Shown: positions 23,239 through 33,182, numbered from the stretch's first letter. The stretch: 64,000 nt of DNA from Candidatus Dormiibacterota bacterium (GCA_036747295.1 DAIOCN010000016.1:210-64209); one strand, 5' to 3'. The notes: generated by a model from the letters alone, not told the origin. Numbers and translations: made by a program.

Positions 23239-24909
23239 TTGCTCGAGTTCGCCCGCACGGCGGAGGCGATCGCCGCCACCTCCTCCACCCTCGAGAAGGC
23301 GCGCCTGCTGGCCGCCTACCTGCGCGACCTGCCTCCCGACGACCTGAGGCGGGCTGCGGTCTTCATGACGGGCCGGCCCTACGGCCTGGGCGAGCGCCGC
23401 AAGCTCAACCTGGGCTGGCGAGCGATCAGCAAGGTGGTGGAGCGCCTCTCCGGCCGCGACTCGGAGGAGCTGGGGGCTATCTTCCTCAAGCACTCCGACC
23501 TCGGCGACTGGGCCGCGGAGGCGCTGGAGGGGCGCACCCACCCGCACCCGACGAGCCTGGCCGACGTGGCGGCCGGGTTGGAGGCGATCCGCACCGCCGC
23601 GGCGGCCGCCGCCAAGCAGGAGCGGCTGGCCGAGCTGCTCGACCGGCTGGAGCCGCTCGCGGCCAAGTACCTCGTGAAGGTGCTTTCGGGGGAGCTCCGG
23701 ATCGGGCTCCAGGAAGGCATCGTGGAGGCGGCCCTGGCCCAGGCCTTCGACATCCCGCTCGACGCGGTACGCCGGGTCCACATGCTGACGGGCGACATTG
23801 GGGAGGCCGCCGTCCGCTGCCGGGCGGGCGACCTCGCCGACGCCCGGATCACGCTCTTCCAGCCCATCCGGTTCATGCTCGCCACGGCCGTCGAGACCGC
23901 CGACGAGGCGATGAGGCGGATGGCGACCTCGGCGGTCTGGACCGAGGAGAAGTACGACGGGGTGCGCTGCCAGGTCCACCGAAACGAGGCCGCGGCCGAG
24001 CTGTTCTCGCGTGACCTCAAAGAGACCACCCTGGCCTTTCCCGAGGTGGCGGAAGCGGCGGCCCGGCTCGACCGCGAGATCGTGATGGACGGCGAGATCC
24101 TGGCCCACCGAGAGGGCCATGTGCTCCCCTTCTTCGACCTTCAGCGCCGGCTCGGTCGCAAGGTCGTCTCAGCCAAGCTGCGCCAGGAGGTCCCGGTGGT
24201 GTTCGTGGCTTTCGACCTGCTCTATCTCAACGGCGACGTGGTCATGGACCAGCCGCTGGCCGAGCGGCGCCGGCTGATGGAGAGTCTGGGCCTCCAGCAC
24301 CCGTTCCTGCTGGCCCGGCTGGAGACCGCCAGCAGCGCCGCCGACCTGGACCGGATCTTCGCCGAGACCCGCGAGCGCGGCAACGAGGGCCTGATGGTGA
24401 AGGATCCGAACAGCGCCTACAGCCCAGGCCGGCGCGGGATGTCCTGGCTCAAGCTGAAGCGGCCGCTGGCGACCCTGGACTGCGTTGTCACGTCCGTCGA
24501 GTGGGGCCACGGCAAGCGCCGCGGTGTGCTCTCCGACTACACGTTCGCGGTCCGCGACGAGGCCGGCGGCCGGCTGCTGAATGTGGGCAAGGCTTACACC
24601 GGGCTGACCGACGCCGAGATCGCCACCATGACGCGCCACTTCCTGGCCCACAAGGTCGCGGACTACGGGCGGTCGCTCGCGGTCGATCCGGACACCGTGG
24701 TCGAGGTGGCGTTCGACGCGATCCAGCGCTCGGCCCGCCACAAGAGCGGATTCGCGCTGCGCTTCCCGAGGATCGTCCGCCTGCGGGACGACAAGCCGGT
24801 CTCCGAGATCGATACGCTGGACCGGGTGAGCGAGCTCTACGACCGCTACTTCGGGCGCGGGATCCCGCTCGCCGAGGTGGCCGAGGTGCCTGAGCCCGAG
24901 TCCCGATGA
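23239..24909 (+). CDS. ATP-dependent DNA ligase (ligase-associated-system type)
   Basis: Adenylation motif I EEKYDGVRCQVH, motif EGLMVK, and a C-terminal OB domain. TTG start. Confidence 0.9.
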   Translation: MLEFARTAEAIAATSSTLEKARLLAAYLRDLPPDDLRRAAVFMTGRPYGLGERRKLNLGWRAISKVVERLSGRDSEELGAIFLKHSDLGDWAAEALEGRTHPHPTSLADVAAGLEAIRTAAAAAAKQERLAELLDRLEPLAAKYLVKVLSGELRIGLQEGIVEAALAQAFDIPLDAVRRVHMLTGDIGEAAVRCRAGDLADARITLFQPIRFMLATAVETADEAMRRMATSAVWTEEKYDGVRCQVHRNEAAAELFSRDLKETTLAFPEVAEAAARLDREIVMDGEILAHREGHVLPFFDLQRRLGRKVVSAKLRQEVPVVFVAFDLLYLNGDVVMDQPLAERRRLMESLGLQHPFLLARLETASSAADLDRIFAETRERGNEGLMVKDPNSAYSPGRRGMSWLKLKRPLATLDCVVTSVEWGHGKRRGVLSDYTFAVRDEAGGRLLNVGKAYTGLTDAEIATMTRHFLAHKVADYGRSLAVDPDTVVEVAFDAIQRSARHKSGFALRFPRIVRLRDDKPVSEIDTLDRVSELYDRYFGRGIPLAEVAEVPEPESR

Positions 24910-25646
24910 AGCTGACGTTCATGGGCACCGCCGGCGCCCGCTTCATGGTCGCCAAGCAGTTCCTGGCCTCCGGCGGGTTGTTCCTCGAGGAGGGTGGGAC
25001 CCGCCTCTGCATGGACCCCGGGCCTGGCGCAGTGGTCCAGTACGCCAAGCGCAAGGTGGACGCCAGCCGCCTGGACGGCATCCTGATCAGCCACCGCCAC
25101 CTCGACCACTGCGGCGACGTCAACGTGATGATCGAGGCCATGACGGAGGGCGGCTTCCGGCCCCGAGGCACCCTCTTCTGCCCCTCGGACGCGCTCGACT
25201 CGGATCCGGTCGTCCTTCAGTACCTGCGCGGCTTCCCGCGGGAGCTGGTGCGCCTGGAGCCGGCCACGGGGTATCAGCTGGGCGAGATCAGCTTCCGGAC
25301 CAGTCCCCGGCACCCCCACGGCGCCGAGACGTACGGGTTCATCTTCGGGGACGGAAAGCTGGGCTGGGTGACCGACAGCGGCTACTACGAGGGGATCGCG
25401 GAGGACCACCGGGCCGAGGTCCTCATCATCCACACCGTGCTCATGGACTGCCGGCCGGAGCTTCCCCACCTCTGCATCGCCGATGCGGAGCGGATCATCC
25501 GCGAGGTCAAGCCCCGGCTGGCCGTCCTGACCCACTTCGGGATGACCGTGTGGCGCGCCCATCCCTGGGAGGTCGCGGAGGCGCTGGCCCAGCGCACCGG
25601 GATCGAGGTGAAGGCGGCCCGGGACGGGATGACGCTGGAGGTCTAG
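24906..25646 (+). CDS. MBL-fold metallo-hydrolase
   Basis: ILISHRHLDHCGD motif. The ATG overlaps the ligase stop (ATGA). Confidence 0.8.
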   Translation: MKLTFMGTAGARFMVAKQFLASGGLFLEEGGTRLCMDPGPGAVVQYAKRKVDASRLDGILISHRHLDHCGDVNVMIEAMTEGGFRPRGTLFCPSDALDSDPVVLQYLRGFPRELVRLEPATGYQLGEISFRTSPRHPHGAETYGFIFGDGKLGWVTDSGYYEGIAEDHRAEVLIIHTVLMDCRPELPHLCIADAERIIREVKPRLAVLTHFGMTVWRAHPWEVAEALAQRTGIEVKAARDGMTLEV

Positions 25647-25650
25647 AGGT

Positions 25651-26286
25651 CTAGCGGGGGGCGATGCTGGACGCCGCGACCAAGTCCGCCGTGGCGGGCG
25701 CGTCGATGATGGCGTCGATGAGGCCGTACTCGATGGCCTCCTCCGGCGACATGTAGTAGTCCCGGTCGGTGTCCTTCTCGACCCGCTCCAGGGCCTGCCC
25801 GGTGTGGCTGGAGATCAGCTTGTTGAGCTCCTCCTTTATCCGGATGATCTCGCGGGCGTGGATGTCGAGATCGGTGGCCTGGCCCTGAAGGCCGCGGCCC
25901 GAGATCAGCGGCTGGTGCATGTGGATCCGGGAGTTGGGCAGCGCGAAGCGCCTGCCCTTGGCGCCCGCCATCAGGAGCACGGTGCCGAAGCTGGCCGCCC
26001 GGCCGACGGCCACCGTCGAGACCGGCGGGGGCACGTACTGCATGGTGTCGTAGATGGCGAAGCCGGAGGCCACCGAGCCACCCGGCGAGTTGATGTACAT
26101 CTGGATCTCCTTCTCGGGGTCCTCCGCCGCCAGAAAGATCAGCTGGGCAACGACCAGGTTGGCGACCACGTCGTTGATCGGGCGGCCGATCATGATGATC
26201 CGGTCGCGGAGCAGGCGCGAGTAAATATCGAACGATCGCTCGCGGTTGCCGCCCTCGTTCTCGGTGACGGTGGGGACCCAGGCCAT
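25651..26286 (-). CDS. clpP: ATP-dependent Clp protease proteolytic subunit
   Basis: [16 protein letters not shown] (catalytic Ser), MHQP (His) and DTDRD (Asp). Confidence 0.95.
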   Translation of the reverse strand: MAWVPTVTENEGGNRERSFDIYSRLLRDRIIMIGRPINDVVANLVVAQLIFLAAEDPEKEIQMYINSPGGSVASGFAIYDTMQYVPPPVSTVAVGRAASFGTVLLMAGAKGRRFALPNSRIHMHQPLISGRGLQGQATDLDIHAREIIRIKEELNKLISSHTGQALERVEKDTDRDYYMSPEEAIEYGLIDAIIDAPATADLVAASSIAPR

Positions 26287-26329
26287 GCTGGGCTCAAGTG
26301 TATCCAGACCCCCGTATATTCATTTCCAG

Positions 26330-26770
26330 GTGAGGACGGCGCTGGCTCCGGCCGACTTCTTTCATGCGCTGCCGGTCGCGCTGGCCCCGCGGCTTCCGGC
26401 CGGGCTCCGCGGCTTCGACGCTGCCCGCGGGCGGGGCCGGCTGATGAAGCTGGATTACGGCCACCGGGAGACCCACTTCGAGGTCTGGCACCACGTCCGC
26501 ACCGGCCGCGTCGAGGTCGGCCTCCACTTCGAGGGCCGCCCCGAGCTCAACCAGCGCGCCCTCGACTTCTTCCGGGAGCGGATGGTGGAGGTCAAAGGCG
26601 CCCTGCCGCGAGCAGAGTTGGAACCCTGGGAACGGGGCTGGGTGCGGCTCTACGAGACCCTCCCCGCACCCGAGCTGTCCGATGAGGTCCTGGCGCTGGC
26701 GGCGGAGCGGCTGGCCGCGTACATGCGGACCCTGCAACCGATCCTCGAAGAGTTCTGGGAGAAGCGCTGA
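26330..26770 (+). CDS. Hypothetical protein
   Basis: The coding frame is supported by GC3. GTG 26330 was chosen because the track start at 26246 overlaps the clpP start. No firm family call. Confidence 0.5.
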   Translation: MRTALAPADFFHALPVALAPRLPAGLRGFDAARGRGRLMKLDYGHRETHFEVWHHVRTGRVEVGLHFEGRPELNQRALDFFRERMVEVKGALPRAELEPWERGWVRLYETLPAPELSDEVLALAAERLAAYMRTLQPILEEFWEKR

Positions 26771-27913
26771 ATGGACCCCGTCGAAGCCAGGAACCTGTTC
26801 CCGATCACCGCGAAGTTCATCTTCATGAACCACGCCGGCGTCTCCCCGATGTCCGAGCGGGCGCGCGCAGCCGTGGAGTCGGTGATGGAGATCGCCACCT
26901 CGCGACCGGCGCCCGACGACTGGTCCCGCAACCACGCCGACGACCTCCGGGAGGCGATTGGGCGGCTGGTCGGGGCGGAGCCCGAGAGCATCGCCATCAC
27001 CCGCAGCACCGCCCATGCGGTGTCCCTCCTGGCCTGTGGCCTGGACTGGCAGCCAGGCGACAACGTCGTCGGCGCCCGCGGCGAGTACCCGGCCAACGTC
27101 TACCCCTGGATGGCGCTGAAGGACCGGGGCGTGGAGTACCGAATGGCCGAGCCGGTCGAGGGCCGCGTCACGCCCGAGTCGGTCCTGGCGCTCGTCGACG
27201 AGCGGACGCGCGTGGTCGCCCTCAGCCACGTCGAGTTCTGGAACGGCTACCGGCTGGACCTCGACGCGATCGGCAGCGAGCTCGATCGGCGCGGCGTGAT
27301 CTTCGCGGTGGACGCCATCCAGAGCGCCGGCGCGCTGCGCATCGACCTCTCCAGGCTGCCCGTGGACTACCTGAGCGCCGGCGCCTACAAGTGGCTGATG
27401 GGACCTGTCGGCATCGGTTTCTGCTACTGCCGGCCGGAGCTGCTCAGAAATCTGCGCCCAGCGCTGGTGGGGACCGGGAACATGAAGCGCAACAAGGAGT
27501 ACTTCGACTACGACTTCGACCTTGTCGAGACTGGGCGGCGCTTCGAGGAGGCGAGCATCTCGGTGCTGGACATGGTGGCGTTCGAGGCCGCCGTCGAGCT
27601 GTTCCTGGAGATCGGGACCGACGTCGTCGAGAAGCGCGTCCTAAGCCTCGCCCGCCAGCTTGGAGAGGGCCTGGCGGAGCGCGGCTACGAGCTCGTGGAA
27701 CCGTGGCCGCGGGAGCCCGGGGAGGCGTCCGGGATCGTGTCGTTCAGGAAGCCGGGGGCGCCGGCCCAGGAGATCCTGCGCGACCTCAACGCCTGCCACG
27801 TGGTCGGCCGGATCCACCAGGACTTCGTGCGCCTGGGGACCCATTTCTACAACACCGAGGAGGAGGTCGAGAGGGTGCTGGAACTCCTGTCCCCGCAGCG
27901 CGTGGATTCGTGA
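26771..27913 (+). CDS. Class V aminotransferase / cysteine desulfurase-like PLP enzyme
   Basis: Family layout with PLP-lysine context SAGAYKWLMGPVGIGF. The ATG directly abuts the preceding stop. Confidence 0.8.
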   Translation: MDPVEARNLFPITAKFIFMNHAGVSPMSERARAAVESVMEIATSRPAPDDWSRNHADDLREAIGRLVGAEPESIAITRSTAHAVSLLACGLDWQPGDNVVGARGEYPANVYPWMALKDRGVEYRMAEPVEGRVTPESVLALVDERTRVVALSHVEFWNGYRLDLDAIGSELDRRGVIFAVDAIQSAGALRIDLSRLPVDYLSAGAYKWLMGPVGIGFCYCRPELLRNLRPALVGTGNMKRNKEYFDYDFDLVETGRRFEEASISVLDMVAFEAAVELFLEIGTDVVEKRVLSLARQLGEGLAERGYELVEPWPREPGEASGIVSFRKPGAPAQEILRDLNACHVVGRIHQDFVRLGTHFYNTEEEVERVLELLSPQRVDS

Positions 27914-28563
27914 CCCGGCTGGTCCCGGTCCAGGTCACGGCGGAGCTCGAGGCTTACCTCGAGAGCCTCATCCCCGAGCGGGAACCGGTCCTCGCCCGGC
28001 TCGAGCAGGAGCTGGAAGCCGACAACGTGCCAGCGATCGGCGTCCAGGTGGGCAACCTGCTGCGCCTCCTGCTCCGGATGGTCGGCGCCGGGAGCGCGCT
28101 GGAGCTGGGTACGGCCGCCGGCTACAGCGGCATCTGGCTGCTGCGCGGCCTGGACCAGGGCCGGCTCGTCACGCTGGAGACCGACCCGGAGCGCGCCGAG
28201 CGGGCAAGGCGCAACTTCGCCGAGGCCGGGTTCGAGAAGCAGGCCGAGGTCCGTGAGGAGGACGCGCTGGCCTACTTGGAGCGGCCCGGCGAAAGCTTCG
28301 ACTGCGTGTTCAACGACCTCCTCAACTCCTTTCCCTCAGAGGCGGTCGTCGAGCGCTGCTTCGAGCTCTCGCTGACCCGGCTCCGGCCGGGCGGCCTGCT
28401 CATCGCCGACAACGCGCTGCGCCGGGGCGAGGTCGTGCGGCCGACGGGCCGCCAGGCCCGGAACGTGGCGCACTACAACCGGCTGGTGGCCGGGAGCCCC
28501 CAACTGGACTCGGTCGTGATCCCGATGCGGGACGGGGTCTCGTTGGCGCTGCTCAGGAAGTAG
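27910..28563 (+). CDS. O-methyltransferase, class I SAM-dependent (caffeoyl-CoA OMT-like family 3)
   Basis: ALELGTAAGYSGIWL...LVTLETDPERAERARRNF...FDCVFND...GGLLIADNAL. GTG 27910 overlaps the upstream stop (GTGA). The 5' part of track ORF 27391.. is off-frame over the aminotransferase gene. Confidence 0.8.
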   Translation: MTRLVPVQVTAELEAYLESLIPEREPVLARLEQELEADNVPAIGVQVGNLLRLLLRMVGAGSALELGTAAGYSGIWLLRGLDQGRLVTLETDPERAERARRNFAEAGFEKQAEVREEDALAYLERPGESFDCVFNDLLNSFPSEAVVERCFELSLTRLRPGGLLIADNALRRGEVVRPTGRQARNVAHYNRLVAGSPQLDSVVIPMRDGVSLALLRK

Positions 28564-29251
28564 GCGGCGGCCCTGGCCGGGCGTCCGGACCCTCGATCCA
28601 GACGGCTCCGCTCTTCGCGAACTCCTTCTTCCAGATCGGGACCGACTCCTTAAGGCGGTCGATGCCCCAGCGGCAGGCCTCGAACGCCTCGGCGCGGTGC
28701 GGGCAGGAAGCCGCGACGACCACGGAGACCTCGCCGATCTCGAGCCGGCCCGTGCGGTGAGCCATGGCGACCCGAGCGCTCGGCCAGCGCTGGCTGATCT
28801 CGTCCGCGATGGCTCGCATCTGGCGATCGGCCATCGCCGAGTAGGCCTCGTACTCCAGGTGGGTGACCGCCTCGCCGCGGGCGTTGTCGCGGACGACACC
28901 GCTGAAGGTGCAGATCGCGCCGGCGCCGGGGTGGGCGACGGCCGCCTCCAAGCGCCGGGGGTCGAGCGGGGCGAGCGTGATCTCGAAGAAGGCGCCCGCG
29001 CCGGCCGCGCCGCCGCTTACGGGAGGGATGAAGGCGACCTCGTCTCCGTCCCTGACCGCGTCGCTCCACTCGGCGAAGGTCTCGTTGCGGGCGGGCCGGA
29101 TCAGGGCCAGGTCCGATTCCAGCGCCGGGTGGCGCCGGCGCAGCTCCGCGTACACGTCTCGAATGGTGGCCCCGGCCGGAAGGTCGACCGGCTCTACGTC
29201 CGTGGCAGCCTGCTCGCGCAGGCGGGCGAAGAGCCGAGCCTTGATGCTCAC
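28553..29251 (-). CDS. Fused molybdopterin synthase, MoaD (sulfur carrier) plus MoaE (catalytic subunit), MoaX-like
   Basis: The N-terminal 80 aa end in FIPPVSGG (MoaD/ThiS C-terminal Gly-Gly). A linker AAGAGA follows, then a MoaE-like region: ICTFSGVVRDNARGE...LEYEAY...IWKKE. Confidence 0.85.
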   Translation of the reverse strand: MSIKARLFARLREQAATDVEPVDLPAGATIRDVYAELRRRHPALESDLALIRPARNETFAEWSDAVRDGDEVAFIPPVSGGAAGAGAFFEITLAPLDPRRLEAAVAHPGAGAICTFSGVVRDNARGEAVTHLEYEAYSAMADRQMRAIADEISQRWPSARVAMAHRTGRLEIGEVSVVVAASCPHRAEAFEACRWGIDRLKESVPIWKKEFAKSGAVWIEGPDARPGPPPTS

Positions 29252-29613
29252 ACGCCCAGTCTATGAGGGGGTCCCGAGACGAACACGTGCACCTCCTTGC
29301 CGGAGTCGAGCGCGCGCTCGACGGTGCGCCGCGTGCCCTCGGAGACTCCATCCCAGAAGGCGACCAGGACATCGCACTGGTCCACCAGGCGCTGGTTGCG
29401 CGCGGCGGCCGCCGCGGCGTCGCGCGCCTCCTCGAACGAGGCCGCCACCACCTTGACCGGCAGGCCACGCCCCCGCGCGGCCCGGGTCGCCGCGGCGTCG
29501 ACGCCGCTGGCGCTGCCGGTCACGAGGCTGGAGTCCTGAGGCAGAGTGGCGACGTACGCCTCAACGCCGCCCAGGTCGGCGTAGTGCCGGCTGCCGATGA
29601 TGCCGACCCTCAA
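29248..29613 (-). CDS. DUF2493 / SLOG-superfamily protein
   Basis: From TTG 29613: MRVGIIGSRHYADLGGVEAYVATLPQDSSLVTGSASGVDAAA...RNQRLVDQCDVLVAFWDGVSEGTRRTVERALDSGKEVHVF. The start overlaps the S9 peptidase stop (TTGA) and the stop overlaps the moaDE start (GTGA). Confidence 0.65.
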   Translation of the reverse strand: MRVGIIGSRHYADLGGVEAYVATLPQDSSLVTGSASGVDAAATRAARGRGLPVKVVAASFEEARDAAAAAARNQRLVDQCDVLVAFWDGVSEGTRRTVERALDSGKEVHVFVSGPPHRLGV

Positions 29614-31579
29614 GCCTTGAGGTGGCGGTCGAACCAGTCCAGCACAACCCGCATGTGGCGAAGCCGGTTCGACGGCCTGCCCATCACGACGACGGCATGT
29701 GGCTCGCCGTGGAACACGATCAGGTCCACCGGCTTGCCCATCTTGCGCAGCCGGACGAAAACCTGCTCGGCCTGCTCGAGCGGCGTCCGCAGGTCGCCGG
29801 TCGACGCGATCAGGCGGAGCGGTGTGGTGATGTCGGCCGCGTAGCTGGCCGGCGACAGCCGGTGGAACCGGTCCGCGTCCTCCCAGGGTTCGGCGCCGAT
29901 CGAGCCCTCGCCGAAGCTCCAGCCCACGTCGCTGGAACCGTAGAAGCCACCCAGGTGGGAGACCGGCCGCGCGGAGACGGCGGCTTTGAAGCGGTCCGTG
30001 TGGGTCACCACCCAGAGGGTGCTGAAGCCGCCATAGCTGGCGCCCCCCACGCCCAGCCGCTCGGGGTCGGCGAAGCCGGCGTCCTGCGCCCGGTCGACCA
30101 GGGCCATGAAGTAGGGAAAGTCGAGCTCGCCCCACTGACCCGTGAGGACCCGCGCGAACTCCTCCTCGTAGGTCTGGTGCCCGGCGGGTTGCAGTACACC
30201 ACCGCGTAGCCGGCGCCCGCCAGTACCTGGAACACGAACTGGAACGACCAGCCGTACGCGGCGTGCGGCCCTCCGTGGATGTAGAGGAGCGTGGGTACTT
30301 TGTGGCCCTCCTCGTGGCCGGGCGGCAGGACGGCCCAGGCGTCGATCTTCCGGCCGTCGTGCTCGAAGTCGAACTGGCGGACCGCGCCGATCGCCCGCTC
30401 GCACACCCAGGGGTTGGGATCGAAAAGGACACGCTCGTCGCTGCCGTCCAGGCCGGCCGCGCGAAGGCTCACCGGGTCCTCCAGCGAGGTCGACACGAAG
30501 GCCAGGACCTCGCCGCCGACGGCGGCGCCGATGATCACCCGCCGGCCCCCCAGGACCACCTCGGGAAGTGCACCCGAGTGCGCCCGGTAGAGGTGGACGG
30601 CGCCATGGTCGCCGATGTCGAAGTAGATGTGGCCGCCGGCCCAGATCGGATCCAGCGCCTCGCGGCCGGGGGCGGTGTCGGCCAGGACGGACGGGAGGCT
30701 GGAACGGCCGAGGTGGCGCGTCAGGCAGACATCCCCCACGAACACCCGCATGTGGCCGCCGCCGAAAGCGGCCAGTCGGTCGTCCCCGCGCACTGTGGCG
30801 ACGTGGCCCTCGGGGCTGACGGAGAAGGCCTCGGTCGGCTTCGAGTTGGCGGTCAGCGCCCGCACCGCGCCGCCCGCCGCCGGCACGGCGTACACCTCGT
30901 TCACCTCGCTGCGGTCATGGTCGGGGTTCCGGTTCCCCAGGAAGGCGATGTCATGGTCGTTGATCCAGCGCGGGCGGACGGGCTCCGACGGCCCGTCCGT
31001 GATCATGCCCAGCCCGCTGCCGTCCAGCTCGCACACCCAGACCTGGCGAGGCTCGTCGTCGAGCGGGCCCTGGCCGTCCAGCCGGTAGCGGAACCGTTCT
31101 ATGTGGCGGACGCGCTCCTGGTAGCGGCGCCGGGCCTCGGCCGGGTCGGGGGCCGGGCCGCGGTCGGGATCGTCGGGGTATTCCGGACGGCCGAGGAGAC
31201 AGAAGCGCTGGGAGTCCGGGCTCCAGGCGAACTCGTCGACACCCCGGGGCAGGGCAGCGACCTTGCGCGCCTCGCCACCCCGAAGGTCGACCACGAACAG
31301 GTCCTTGGCCCAATCCCGGTCCCGGGCGCCCAGGAATGCCAGCCAGCGGCCATCCGGTGACCAGCGCGGGCGGGCGTCCCGGCCGGTGCCCTGCGTGAGG
31401 GGTCGGGCAGCCTCTGAGCCGTCGCTGGGGACGACCCAGATGCTCGACCGCTGGCGGTTCTCCTCGGCGTCCTGCTCGGTGAGGACGAACGCTACCCGGC
31501 CGCCATCTGGCGACACGCGCGGATCGCCGATCATCCGGAAGGCGAGGATGTCCTCGGTGACAAGAGGGCCGGCTGACAC
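29610..31579 (-). pseudogene. S9 family serine peptidase (acylaminoacyl-peptidase-like, N-terminal propeller) interrupted by one frameshift near 30181-30190
   Basis: The N-terminal 510 aa are in ORF 30005..31645, up to YAVVYCNP. The catalytic domain continues in ORF 29610..30404: AGHQTYEEEF, GVGGASYGGF (Ser), TGDLRTP (Asp), FHGEPHAV (His). Adding one G in aacccgccggg restores NPAGHQTYEEEF. Confidence 0.8.
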
Positions 31580-31613
31580 GAGTGGGTAGGCTACCCGATC
31601 TTGCCGGAGGGAC

Positions 31614-33182
31614 CTAGCCTGCCGCTGAGCCACCCTCGGAGACATGGCTGATGTTCTCGTCGAACATCGCCTTGAGCTTCCGAGCCTGGCGGTCGTAATC
31701 GTCCGGGTCGCGCCACGCGCTCCGGGGGTCGAGGACCTGGTCCGGCACCTCGGGCACGCGCGTCGGGACGCGCACCCCGAAAACGCTGTCGGTGCGGGTG
31801 GGGACGTCGCGCAGCTTGCCCTGCACGACGGCGGTGACGATGGCGCGGGTGTGCGCTATGGAGATGCGCTGTCCCGTCCCGTAGGCGCCGCCGACCCAGC
31901 CCGTGTTGAGCATCCAGACCCGGGCGTCGTGATTGCGCACGCGCTCGATGAGCATGCCGGCGTACGTCTCGGGGGTGAGGGGCAGGAAGGGGGCGGCGAA
32001 GCACGTGCTGAACGTGGGCTCCGGCTCGGTGACGCCCCGCTCGGTGCCGGCCACCTTGGCGGTGTAGCCGGACAGGAAGAAGAAGCGGATCTGGTCCTCC
32101 TCCAACAGGGAGACCGGAGGCAGCACGCCGAAGGCGTCGGCCGACAGGAAGAGCACATTGCGGGGGTGACCGGCGTGGCCCGAGAGGTCGGCGTTGGGGA
32201 TCAGGTCGATCGGGTAGGCGGAGCGCGTGTTCTCGGTGAGGCTCTCGTCGTCGTAGTCGGGGACCCTGGTGTCGGGGTCGTAGACGACGTTTTCCAGGAT
32301 CGTCCCGAAATGGTTGGTCGCCGCGTAGATCTCCGGTTCCGCGTTCTTAGAGATCCGGATCGTCTTGGCGTAGCAGCCGCCTTCGAAGTTGAAGACCCCG
32401 GTATCGCTCCAGCCGTGCTCGTCGTCGCCGATCAGGCGCCGATCAGGCTCTGAGGAGAGCGTCGTCTTGCCGGTTCCCGAGAGCCCGAAGAAGAGCGCCA
32501 CGTCCGCTTTCCGGCCGACGTTGGCGGAGCAGTGCATCGGTAGCGTGCCCGATTCCGGGAGCAGGTAGTTGAGGGCCGTGAACACCGACTTCTTGATCTC
32601 GCCCGCGTACTGGGTGCCGCCGATGATCACCATCCGGCGCTTGAAGTTGACCAGGATGAAGGTCTCGGAGAGGGTGCCGTCCCGGGCCGGGTCGGCAGCT
32701 ACCGAGGGCAGCGACATCACGGTGAAGTCGGGCCTGAACCCCTCGCGCTCCTGCTCGGCCGGCCGGATGAACAGGTTGTGCGCGAAGAGGCTGTGCCAGG
32801 CGAACTGCGTCACGATCCGGACCTTGAGCCGGTAGCGGGGGTCGGCGCAGGCGAAGAGGTCCTGGACGTACACCTCGTTGCGGGCGATGTACTCGACCAT
32901 CCGCTCGAGCACCCCGTCGAAGTGCGCCTCGGAGATCGGCTGGTTGCCTTCGTGCCACCAGATCCGGTCGCGGGAGGTCTCCTCCTCGACGAAGAACTTG
33001 TCCTTCGGCGAGCGGCCGGTATGGCGCCCCGTCTCGGCGGTCAGCGCACCTGTGGAAACCACGGCGGCCTCGCCGTGCCGGATCGCGTGCTCGTAGAGCT
33101 CGGCCGGGGATAGGTTGTGCCAGCTCCGGACGATCCGCGGCACCCCGACGTGGTCGAGGACGGGGCGTTCCTGGAGCTGCAT
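31614..33182 (-). CDS. pckA: Phosphoenolpyruvate carboxykinase (ATP)
   Basis: Kinase-1a motif FFGLSGTGKTTLS, IGDDEHGW, and length of 522 aa. Confidence 0.95.
   Translation of the reverse strand: MQLQERPVLDHVGVPRIVRSWHNLSPAELYEHAIRHGEAAVVSTGALTAETGRHTGRSPKDKFFVEEETSRDRIWWHEGNQPISEAHFDGVLERMVEYIARNEVYVQDLFACADPRYRLKVRIVTQFAWHSLFAHNLFIRPAEQEREGFRPDFTVMSLPSVAADPARDGTLSETFILVNFKRRMVIIGGTQYAGEIKKSVFTALNYLLPESGTLPMHCSANVGRKADVALFFGLSGTGKTTLSSEPDRRLIGDDEHGWSDTGVFNFEGGCYAKTIRISKNAEPEIYAATNHFGTILENVVYDPDTRVPDYDDESLTENTRSAYPIDLIPNADLSGHAGHPRNVLFLSADAFGVLPPVSLLEEDQIRFFFLSGYTAKVAGTERGVTEPEPTFSTCFAAPFLPLTPETYAGMLIERVRNHDARVWMLNTGWVGGAYGTGQRISIAHTRAIVTAVVQGKLRDVPTRTDSVFGVRVPTRVPEVPDQVLDPRSAWRDPDDYDRQARKLKAMFDENISHVSEGGSAAG

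Noticed and set aside
23224-24120. Upstream part of the 369-aa minus ORF 23011..24120
   Set aside because: It is antisense to the ATP-dependent DNA ligase, which has unambiguous motifs. Only the last 70 codons (23011-23223), which lie outside the ligase gene, look like a real small gene.
29614-30432. 5' part of the 394-aa minus ORF 29248..30432
   Set aside because: It is an off-frame reading through the S9 peptidase catalytic domain and is Arg/Pro/Gly-rich. Only the last 121 codons (DUF2493 protein) are credible.
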